A stretch of DNA of 64,000 nt from Leptogorgia sarmentosa (lineage: Eukaryota), in NCBI GenBank assembly GCA_964658305.1, contig OZ210885.1, positions 9,238,001 to 9,302,000 on the forward strand, read 5' to 3'. The notes beneath the pieces were generated by a model. That model had not been told where the DNA came from. It did no database searches and saw only the letters and a list, made by a program, of their open reading frames with translations. How positions within the stretch are numbered: position 1 is the stretch's first letter; the number at the start of each line of letters is the position of its first letter. This document shows positions 39,116 through 49,872 of the stretch, piece by piece. The position numbers were made by a program, and so were the translations under genes.

Positions 39116-39610
39116 TTATATTACAAGTTACAGCATCAAATAAAATTACGCATAAATCATTCTGCATTTATAAAAGTATAAAAGCAATAAAGCATGCTTT
39201 AGGCCTTTAGTTTCCCGCCATTTATTGTTTATAGATGCCCGCAATTTTCTATTGCTTCTGTGCATATTACTTCATGTTAGTAACACATATTGTACTGTCC
39301 GCGCCAAAATTGGAAGACTGGGTACAAGATAAGGAAATTGAAGATAAAGTTTTTGCACATGAAGAAGAAAGCACCGAATATAAAGACACTATCAACGAAT
39401 ATAATGCCGAATGCACCCAACATAATGTATAAAGCACCGAATATAATGTCGAATGCACCCAACATAATGTATAAAGCACCGAATATAATGTATAAAGCAC
39501 CGAATATAATGTTAAAAGCACCGAATATAATGTTAAAAGCACCGAATATAATGTTAAAAGCACCGAATATAATAGAAATACAGCACCTATGACAGTCATG
39601 GCATTCCATA
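39098..39610 (-). repeat. Right TIR (513 bp) with about 10 copies of the 21-bp unit, ending inside the HECT gene CDS
   Basis: Reverse complement of the left TIR; the length difference is explained by four repeat units plus small indels. Confidence 0.92.
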
Positions 39611-39685
39611 TTTTTCGCTCTAAAATCAAACTATTTTGACTGTTGTGAACTCTTCGCAACAAAGACACACGGACGTGTTTTAAGC

Positions 39686-40650
39686 TTTTGGTATCTGCGA
39701 ACGCAGATACTATGCTATGATCTTTCAGCTGTTAGCTGTTAGCTGTTAGCTGTTAGCTGTTAGCTGTTAGCTTCTAGCCAATCAGCGACGAGCTTTTGCT
39801 TATAATTACGTAATGCAAGATGGCGGCGTTCGAGGAGTGAAGGCGATGTTCGATCGGATTTTTGCGAAAATGTGAAGTGCAGTGTTTAAGTACGACGCTT
39901 TAAGCAAACAATCTTGACTTTGCAGGTCCCTGTCAATGTGCAGTTGTAATTTAACAAAGGATTTGAAACGGCAGCGTGCTGTTTTATCGGCCTTTCGATT
40001 TGTAAATTGAAAATGCGTACAGAGCACACTGTCCAGATGGCCGACCCATGAACGGTTTTGTCACAGCACGCTATATAAAAACTGGATACATTCTGTTGAA
40101 GTAGCCTGTTCGCAGGTTAAATCTAATCATATTCAAGATGGCGGTCAAAATTGAAATAAGGCCAAAACGATATAATTAAATAATTTAATGACATTTACAT
40201 GTAATATTAGGTAATCCCACGATATTCAGTGTAAAGCCATAGTTTTATACATATTGGAGGCACAAAGAAATTTTTTTCCCAAGGAATTTCCTCGTATTTT
40301 CCACGAAAGAGTCGAAGGAGGAAGGTGAGAAATGCTGTATATGAGAACAGTCAACACTAACTAAACATCGCATATTTAATAAGACAGCATGCTGATTTAG
40401 GAAATCAGTTTGAGTATAGTTCTAGGTTTTAATGTTTTGTGCGTTGGGCTGTTAGCTTTGGGGTTCGATTAGTTTCATATTTAGGGTTAGCTTTAGTTTA
40501 TGTTCATTTATTGCTTGCAAACCAATACTTTAGCGGTAGATTTAAGCGCAACCTGGACTTTTTAGCATGTCCCATTGCGCTTTCCGACGACTCATCCGTC
40601 AGTTCTGCTTCACCATTCGCAGATACATGTGCGCTTTGCGAACCTATTTT
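39686..40650 (+). mobile_element. DINE-1/HINE-like non-autonomous Helentron
   Basis: Starts in a T-run with subTIR GTATCTGCGAA and an adjacent inverted GCAGATAC, then a (GCTGTTA)n microsatellite at about 39728-39771; 3' subTIR TTCGCAGATAC, a short hairpin and a T-run. Confidence 0.7.
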
Positions 40651-41690
40651 TTAATTTTGTACAAATATCAAACGAATAGATAAATTAAGTTGTCAAAATA
40701 GTGCTTTTTTTATGGTTTTTGTCCTTCGAAGTTTCTTGATCTTTTCCTTACAAACAACAACAACACGTAAATTAACTTATATAATATTCCTTAAAAATGT
40801 CAAAGTGTCAAAACAAGTGTGTTGATTTATTTAGGTAAATTTCATTCTGTTTAGTTCAATTAAAATTCCACTATATGAGTCTTCAACAACAACAAAGTTA
40901 ATGAATGCATAATAAATACACAATATATACTGTAAACTTTATGCCAAGATGCAATTTTGACTATAAGAACAAAATAGATGGAAGAGACCATATAATAAAT
41001 AATACAAACCTGGTATGAAGCACAAATAAAAAGCTTGTCTGCCACAATTTGTTCAATTCTGCATTTACTGTAACTACAGAACTAACTACACTGTAACTAC
41101 AGTACACTTTCAGAGCATTTGACATTGTTTAAAATTGAACTTGAACAGTAATATTAATTATATAATTAACTGTACTACTAATATTAATTGTATTGTTGTT
41201 TAGTCCTGATCAATATTATTTCTACTTTAGGAGCTTATTAAATATTAACTTATCACTTCACAGAGATTGAGAACAACTCTGACAAATTGTATCAGTACAG
41301 TAGAATCAAATACTGATTGATACTAAAATATTCTACAAGTGAACATACTTGGAAAATTTGGGCCAAATTCTTTAGAAAAATGCTCAATAGGAAAGACTAA
41401 CATATGCAGGGGAGCACATTCCAAAAATTTCTGGGGGGGTGCCAAGTTTTTGGGGACTGCATTTCATGGTTTAGTATCCTACATGCCCGCTCCATCATAT
41501 TCTCAAAAAATGCTAGTTTAAAGACTAGAATCTACAAAGGATTAAATGCGATAAACGCATTGGAGCCTTGATTGCTCCAATTTGTACATGCAATCAGAAA
41601 AAGACACATCAATAAGATTCGGAATATAGACTATTGCAATTTTGTAAGCATTTTTGTATCTGCATATTGCTATCGCGCTTGTTAAGTTAA

Positions 41691-42727
41691 GGTTACATCA
41701 CACCATGGAGCAGTACTTTGAGAAAATTTGCCATTGCACGCTCAGGTTTTGACGAATTTGTCTGAAATTTTGCACAGATATTGATAAATGTCTCGAGAAA
41801 CTACAATCGTTACCGCAGATCAGTACGCTTTAACAAAAAGCCGCACTGAGAGTTTTCCTAAATATACACACTATTTGCGCCGCGAGAATTAAGTAGCGCC
41901 GGTTTTATCCAAAAACCTCGCAAATGCCGTGTTTCTATTCCTAAGTGATGAAAGAAGAAAAATGTGTTCGCATTTGTTGACAGACATTTTACTTGCTTTG
42001 ATATAGAACATCAACGTTGATGTAGTGTTTTTGACAATACGAGGTTGAGGAAAATGCCTGTAAATAAGAAAGTACTTCATTAAATCGAAAACGCGAGCAC
42101 ATTTTTGCTGCACAGATATTGTTTAATGTCCTGTAAAAAATTGGGGAAAATTCGTTCAAACGCTGTCAACTTATTTTACTTTTTGTAGAGGAAATTTGCA
42201 ATATTTTCAATTGCTGTAAAAGACGGATTAATGTTTCGCGGGGTCTTGTCAGCCTCTCCACCCTCTTAATTAACACCTCCGGTATGGAACCAATCATAAT
42301 CGCGCGGTTTGGTATACCTTGTTAAGTTTTGACAAGGTGTTTTGGCATTGAAATTTGGGTAGAATACATGTAATGCTATACGAGAGACTCGTTTCTACAC
42401 TTCGCACCCTTTCTTTTAGACATGTCGCTATTCAGCACGCGAATAATGTTTGAGAAATATGCAGTGCTGTAACTAATATCGTATATTGCCCCAAACTCAG
42501 TACCAATTCACACCTTCAAATTATGGATAACACCTTGCGCTATGCCGGAATGACAGTATGTGTCTAAAACTTTCGCGCGCAATTTTTTATATCAGAAAAA
42601 AAGCATTTCTCTATATCTCCGTCGCATTTCAATATTTTGCGAAATATGATAGATACTTATGTCTATAATGTAACTGTGTAAAAACATAAAAAGTCAAAAA
42701 ATCAACTTTTCATAGTGTGGTGTAACC
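41691..42727. mobile_element. Non-autonomous Kolobok-like DNA transposon (TTAA TSD, GG...CC ends)
   Basis: TTAA|GGTTACATCACACCATG ... CATAGTGTGGTGTAACC|TTAA. Confidence 0.75.
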
Positions 42728-43381
42728 TTAAGTTTGTTACGTAACGACAAGATGGCGGCCGTGGAGGAGCGGAGGCGATGTTGCAATGTTTTTGCTAATA
42801 AAATGTGAAGTGTAGTGTTGAAATGCGAACGTTGGGGCAAACAATTTTGTCTTTCTAAGTCCTAGTAAATACACAATTGCAATTCTACAAAGTGTTTATA
42901 AGGCAGCGTGTTATTTCATCGAAGTAGAAGTTGCGATTCTGTAAACTTGATCTCGTAGTATTGCGGTTGTACTGCGCAATATAAATCTCAGCGTGTTATT
43001 TCGTCGAATTAGAAGTTGCGATTCTGTAAATTTATTCTCGCAGTATTGCGGTTGCATTGTGCAATATAAATCCCAGCAAATATCATATGCAATAACATGC
43101 AGTTTGAAAACGGCAGCATGTTATGTTAGAATGTTTGTACCGATAGAATATAAAGTGTAGTCTTCAAATACGAAAGTTTAGGCAATCAATTTTCACATAC
43201 TACATCTCAGTAAGTGCGCAATTGCAATTTAACACGATATAGACAGAATATGTTGTATATAAGTGGTTTTATACAAAGGGTAAACTTGGTCACTAGAAAG
43301 CCACATATTTCGCAAAGCAATCACAAGAAGCGACAACATAACCCCCCCACACACACACACCTAATGTGCGCCCCTGAATAT

Positions 43382-43648
43382 TTAACAATTAGACAACGAG
43401 GCAGAGTTGTCTATGAGCGAATAGTCAACGAGGCCGAGTTGTCTAATTGTTTTAGTATACACTCTATGCCCAGAATTGTTTATATGAAGAAAATTCTTCA
43501 GAAACCTCAGCAAAACGCGAGTTTTCTGCAGTAGCCATATTGTTTTCCTTTGCTTTTTCGCGAACCGTGGTCTATCACAGAATAGACAAACGGCTGAGTA
43601 GCCAATCAGAATGTAGCATTTGTAATAGACGATGGTTGGGTGTATACT
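43382..43648. mobile_element. Inverted, partly deleted copy of the 15325-15658 repeat
   Basis: Reverse-complement match including AACAATTAGACAACGAGG...GTTGTCTAATTGTT. Confidence 0.75.
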
Positions 43649-44293
43649 AAATGTAGATAGAAAATAGCAAAGAAAGGGGCTTATCAAATACCAGCATTTG
43701 CATTTCATTAATATTATGATTCTATTAATTATCAAATATATCATTTTAGATACTGATAAGTATAAATGCCTATTTCATTATCCCTACTTGACATTGCCAA
43801 ATTGCACGCGTGTTTGGCGAAATACCGTGAGTGCGAAGCACGAGAACAAGTGTAATTTCCTTTTAATATCATTGTAGTCAATTTCAGTGCAATTTCAATA
43901 TCAAACAAATGAAAATCCATCGTAAAATTATACGAGAAACAAAAATTTTACTGTAGTTTTACTTGTTTTTAAATTTACCGCTCGCATATCGCGGGCTCGA
44001 AGTGTGGTATTTGAAAAATTATTTACACACCTGTGTAATTAATGTTTAATTCTCACAGTTGTTGAAGCTTTTTTATGTGTATGGCAAACTTACCTATAAT
44101 CTAAATACCTTTCACTAATCAAATCTCGTACAACTTAATTGCATTGCGAAATTTTGTCGGAAATCGTCCAGTGTAACACCAGCTTTATCTCGATATCTTC
44201 GTAGAAACTTTGCACTATCCTTGGACCCCTTACTTACTGTTTTTAATGCTTCTTTTCCCATGGAAAATTCCATATTTAGCGTTGATCTCAAAG

Positions 44294-45767
44294 ATGAATC
44301 CAGTAAAAGCAGAAGCTAATGTTATAAGGATTTCTCGTCTGTTGGTAGACAAAGGAGGCGAAGCATTAAGAGCTGCTCTTCATGTTAAACATCCACCTGC
44401 AACTTTATCCACCGTATTGAATACAAATAAACCAGCCTTGAAGAAGATAAGATACAGTGTAATTAAAGCCTCGCAGTGGAACTTACTCTTTCCTGCTTCG
44501 GGGACACCAGATTCAAAACATTTTGATGTAACATTATTGACAATTCTTCTACGAAATATTTGTGGATTGCCTCCACCAGCGACTGGGTGGGATGTTATGC
44601 CTCCAACTAGCGATACTTCGATATCCGCGAATATTACGAGAATCAAAATCTTTAGAAACGACGTGTACGGTCATACAGCAAGTGCTCAGTTAGACGACAC
44701 TACATTTGAAACATTGTGGCAAGAAATTTCAAATTCTTTGGTGAAGCTAGGAATTCCTCAACAAGACATTGATGAACTGAAAGAAGCTCCTCTCAGTCCT
44801 GAAGAAGAAAGTTATGTTGAAAAATTGAAGGAATGGAAAGAACTGGAGAATGAAATCTTGTCAGAACTGGATGATATTGAAAGTGGTGAGAAAAAGCTTC
44901 GAAGTGAAATTCCTGCGTTACGAAAAGCCAATCAAATGACGAATTTCTCGCAAATCAACCGACTATCCAAGTTTAACTTTACTGGAAAGATCAAAGATCT
45001 AAGTGGAATGTTTCACGAAGGTACAAGAGTATGGCTTCTTGATGAGATCTCAAGATGGATGGATAAAGAATATCCAAAGGTTATGATTGTGACTGCAGGG
45101 CCTGGCATTGGGAAAAGTGTTTTGTCAGCAAGGATTTGTGAACTGTACAAAGAACTTGGTCAACTCGCCGCATGCCATTTCTGCGATTTTAGAAAGTCAG
45201 ATTTCAGAAATCCTCACATAATTCTACAGTCTCTTGCGAGTCAAATGTGCGAGAATGTTGAAGGATTTCGTGATAAACTGTCAGAAGTTCTTTGCTTTGA
45301 CCATTCTCGGGACTTGCAATCAAACGCTTTCCGTGTCCTTTTGAACGAACCACTTTTTAAACTGGACAGACACGATAAACCAATGTTGATCGTTGTTGAT
45401 GCTTTGGACGAGAGCAAGACTGATGACAAAAGTGAGTTTTTAGAGTTGATATCAGAACAGTTTTCGCAATTACCAGCATGGATTAAGATATTTATAACCA
45501 GTAGACCAGGGTTCAAAGTACGGAAGAAACTTTCACACATGAATCCTTTTGAAATCCTCCCTGATGACAAATGGCACAATTTCAAAGTCGTCTTTCCACA
45601 AGATATTGATGAATTGAAGAAACATCCTCTCAGCCCAAAAGAAGAAACATTTATTAGAAAGTTAAAAGAATGCAAACAAATTGAAGATCTTACCGCAAAC
45701 GTTGAAGAAACTGACAAATTATTAAGCGACATTGAGCAGTCAAAACTGTCTACAACTGGAGACAAAG
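44294..45767 (+). CDS. Exon 1: DZIP3-like HEPN domain plus truncated NACHT-like (NPHP3-N type) P-loop NTPase
   Basis: HEPN hallmarks FDVTLLTILLRNIC and RNDVYGH; Walker A GPGIGKS; Walker B LIVVDALDE; FITSRP; donor AAAG|GTATTT (phase 1). Confidence 0.85.
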
Positions 45768-45987
45768 GTATTTTTTTTTCACGTGTTCGAACTCATTATT
45801 TACTGTATCTTTAAATAAATTTAAGGCCAATGTTGGTTGCGCATAATTACATCCAAATGCAGTAAAAGTTCCGCTCATCACCTAAATGATGTGACGATGA
45901 AAAGATTCTTCGCTAGGGATCGGTGTAAGAATCCCAACAAATATGATTATTTTGCAAATAACTGCCTTTTTTATTAGTACAGGTAAT

Positions 45988-46135
45988 AGTATGGTTTCGA
46001 GTGCAATTTGGAATTAACATGCACGAGTGAGTTTTCCAAAGACCTCAAAGTAGCACGAGTCCAAAGGACGAGTGTTATTTGAGGTCTTTGGAAAACTCAC
46101 GAGTGTATGTTATCCAAATTGCACGAGAAACCATA
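45988..46135 (+). repeat. Intronic palindrome with three tandem GA mismatches
   Basis: TGGTTTC-GA-GTGCAATTTGGA...CAC-GA-GTCC-AAA-GGAC-GA-GTG...TCCAAATTGCAC-GA-GAAACCA. Confidence 0.8.
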
Positions 46136-46932
46136 CTTATTACCTGGTAATATTACCTATTAGCGAAATTTCAAAGCGAAATTTCACCGCCAGAGTTTTC
46201 TTGCTTAGTTTATTTCACATTTTACAGCGTTTACGGTTTTAAAATTCACCCAAACACGTAACTTTTGTTAGTCTTGTTTGAGATAAAGTTTTTTCCGTCA
46301 TAAGAAAAAGATAAAAGCTATATTTTCGACCCGCAGACAATTTTCACTTTGTTTAGCGCGGCCGCCATGTTTGTTTTGTTTTGAAGAAATCTGTAGCTTG
46401 AGCTCTAATTTGATTGGTTCAAAGTGGTAACAGAAAGTTGCACTGTGATTTGGGATTAACTGCACTGAATCGACCAATCACAGTCGAGTAATACTTTATA
46501 TGCAAAATATAAAAACGTTCGATACAAAATAAATATAAAACTATGCTATCCAAAATCTCAAAATTATTGTAATAGACAATAAGCCACAATTAGGCCAAGC
46601 GCAGATGGAAAACTTGGAGAAAAATTTACCAGCATCCTTCTCGGAAGGCTGATACTGAGCAAAATTAATTTTGGAGTATCAGGACTGCGTCGTCATAAAA
46701 CGTTGCTAAAAAAAATACTCTCGATTCTTCATATAATTCAATTGCTCGACCATACTTGATTTATTGCTCTGACAACCCAGCGGATTTAGGCACAAAAAAT
46801 TGGCGACATTGATTCGTAATCGAATACGCAACTGGATCTATTTTTTCTACATAATCGATTTTTAGAAAAACCTCTTCGCACGAATTTGAGCTAATTATTC
46901 AAGATTAACTATTCTATATTTATATTTTCTAG

Positions 46933-49195
46933 ATTTCCATAATTTAACTTCAGAATTCTCTCTCGTACATCCACACAAGAAAATTTGCCTTACAAATGAA
47001 CCGACAAACCTTGTGCAAATGTTTAAATTCCTTGGCGGTCTTACAAATAAAGTGGTTGAGCATTATTATACAAACCACTTAATTTCTTTCAATATCGAAT
47101 CTCCAAACGTAGCCGAGGAAAAATTCACTAAAGAATTACTAAATTCTATTTTTGACATCAAAGCTGTGTTCGCACAAACATTACATTCGCTAGATTTATT
47201 TCAGAGCTATCTTGAACGTCCAAGCGAGGAAACTGCTGGACCGTTGAAACTGTTACTTGATCGCAGAAAATATTCATGTACAAAACTTCTCTCACCAGGC
47301 GAAATTGACAGTTTCTTAGAGGCTTCGCGTTCACTTCTAATGACACATTCGCTCAACGGTAAAGAAAATAAAGAATCTCAGGATTTTGAAAATCAAAACT
47401 TGGATCTTGATTTGAATGCGCAACCAAACCGTAATTCTCCTCCTCTATCACCAAATTACAAGAGCAAGAAGAAAAAGGAAAACAAGAATTGGCGTGGAAA
47501 CATTGACCACGACGACGTTGCTCAAACTTATGATCACAATCCTGGAAGTACTTTACAGAAACCTGAAGATGATTTGGTACAAGGCTCCTTAAAAACAAAG
47601 ACGAAAACCAAAGTGCAAGATTTTGCATGTTTAGAAGAAGATTCTAATCGTCAACAATGTAAAAAAGGAAAGAAGCCCGAAAGAAAGATATTCAACGATA
47701 TCAATGTTCCGCAGATGGGAAAAGAATGTCAGGGAAAATGGATTCCTGGGCATATTGGAGATTCTCGTCCCGACAAAAAGATGAAGTATGAAAAGATGTC
47801 GCAAGAAAACGCGTTGAAAGGAAGGAATTCGCTCTATTTCTCGCAGCCATCAACTCGGATGATTTCCGCAAGAGTAACAGAACTGGAGGATGAAAACCTG
47901 TCTCTTAGAAAGCAACTGGCAGCATTGCAGTCCATAAACAAAGAGATCTTGTCAGAGCTTGGCGAAGTAACAGTTGAGAAGACGGCTAAAGAAAACGAAG
48001 AAAGAAAATCGGAGCACTTCCGTCACATATTTCAATCTCCCTCACAGGAAGATAAAAGATCGGCCATGCCCAACTCTCGAAAGCCCAGATCGAATGAGTT
48101 GGGCAACAACGGCGATCAAGGATACCTTGTTGCAAATGGTTCGTCAAGACCTCCGATCAGTTGTAATAAGGAGGCAGTACTAAATTCATCATCTGTCGAT
48201 GAAGCAGCTTCCTCTCGTGGTCACCTCGTCAATGGAGCCGAGGCCTTGGTGCCAGATAACAACCATGAACCAGGCGGGGTAGCGAATGTCCGAAATGACG
48301 AAAATGAAAGGACGTTCCAGGCAAGAAATCAGGAAAGCAATACTGTTAACGGCTTCGAGCAAACCGCAACGGTCCAAAATACAGCAAGTATCCAATCTAC
48401 AGAGAACTCCAGTGGCGGAGAGGGAAGTAGTCCATCAGGAAATGTCGAGGGAGCCCGCGATCAGGCGTCCGCATCCCAGCGTGGTTTGTCATTTTCGGTC
48501 CAGCAAGATGATTCTGGAAGAGAGTCCATATCATTGAGGAACATTCCACCCACATCAGTTGCAACAACCTTGTATAACAATTACAAGCTCCTTTTGCTAT
48601 CCCTTGCACAAAACCTTCTCTCCTCGGACGTCATGCTATTACAAGACTGGACGGCTCAGAATTTCTCAATCAATAACCCACGGAATGCCATGCACTGATA
48701 TTCTCTTTCAACTTGATGAAAAAGGAGTCATCAACGCTTCAGATTTACATCAACTCTCTGATTTCTTTGAATCCATTGTCAGATTTGATCTTGTGCATAT
48801 TATAGACGCATTTCTCCTTGGTGACTATGATCTACTTCGTCAAAGTCAAGCATCTAAAAAGCACGCTGCAAATCTGGTACAAAACCATGGACGTAGAGCC
48901 ATTACGAGGAATCCAGGTTTTCTAAATGCCATGAACAGCGGTCAATTTTCGATGAACACGAGCAGAAATCTGTCCAGAGCACCTGTAAACAGTGGAGTAC
49001 ATAATTCCCTGCCTTCGACTCAACCGCAATCTTCGAGAAGCTTCTCAGATACATCCAATTCAACACGCAGTTCTGTTAGGTCTCTGAGAAACCAATCCTC
49101 GGCATCTGAGCAGCAAAACCCCGGTAAACCAGCTGGTGGATTTAATTCAGTTAGAATGGCCGAGGTAACAGTTAATGCGGATGGTCCAGTTACAA
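46933..49195 (+). pseudogene. Exon 2: low-complexity/coiled-coil region plus death effector domain (DED), with a +1 (probably 4-bp) frameshift near 48690
   Basis: The phase-1 acceptor at 46932 is in frame with ORF 47013-48698. The DED N-half (YKLLLLSLAQNL) and C-half (DILFQLDEKGVI...IVRFDLV, RxDL motif) are in different frames. Donor ACAA|GTAAGT. Confidence 0.75.
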
Positions 49196-49872
49196 GTAAG
49201 TGTACCTGTAGTTTCTCATATTTTGATAGATTTTAAAACTTAGTTTCTCTAAAAACAATTTGATGAGTCTTGGCGACTTCGAGTTGTAACCAAAATTAAC
49301 CATATATGCATTATTTTTATTAACCATATATGCATATATGTACTGTTGTTTGTCTTATTAAGTTTTACCCCGCCTATCGAATCGCGTTGTTCTTTAACTG
49401 ATAGGTAATCCCTTCCAAAATCGTAACACTTATATACTTGAATTTACCAAACAAATACCTGTCACATTCTTGTGTTAAAATCCCAACCAAAATCCTCAAC
49501 CTGATCCCAATCCTGATCCTAATCTCATTCTAAAAATCTAAAAATAATATCAGCCCCTAGGCCCCCTATAAATCGTGATTCATGTGTACCAAACACTTTG
49601 TAAGGTCCACAAGCGTTATTTGATTTCTTTATCTGAATTGCCTTGATTAAACAAAGATATTGCGTGAAACAAAAATATTAAATACTATCAAGTTGCTATA
49701 TTGAAAGGGTATTAGCTACTTTCATTTTCACATGATTAATGACTCGAACTGTGTCGAAAGAAAGTCCACAATACTGGAATCTAGCTCTGTCCATTTTGCG
49801 TTGTTTTTTAATATTTCCATGAACTGCTACGTTCTGTTTATTGCTTCTCTAACTCCTTCTTTAAAAATATAG

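Larger units (their letters stand above)
34234..39610. mobile_element. Two-gene DNA transposon, IS3EU-like (TATGG...CCATA), carrying an integrase and a HECT E3 ligase
   Basis: Long TIRs 34234-34818 and 39098-39610 enclose two convergent intact genes; no clean TSD (CAATTT vs TTTTTC). Confidence 0.9.

Noticed and set aside
44210..44293. Hydrophobic signal-peptide-like N-terminus of the 534-aa ORF
   Set aside because: It begins at TTG in AT-rich sequence upstream of the likely ATG at 44294, and the domains are cytosolic types.
45241..45765. 174-aa antisense ORF (similarly 44380-44646 and 59353-59625)
   Set aside because: Shadow ORFs on the reverse strand of genuine coding exons.
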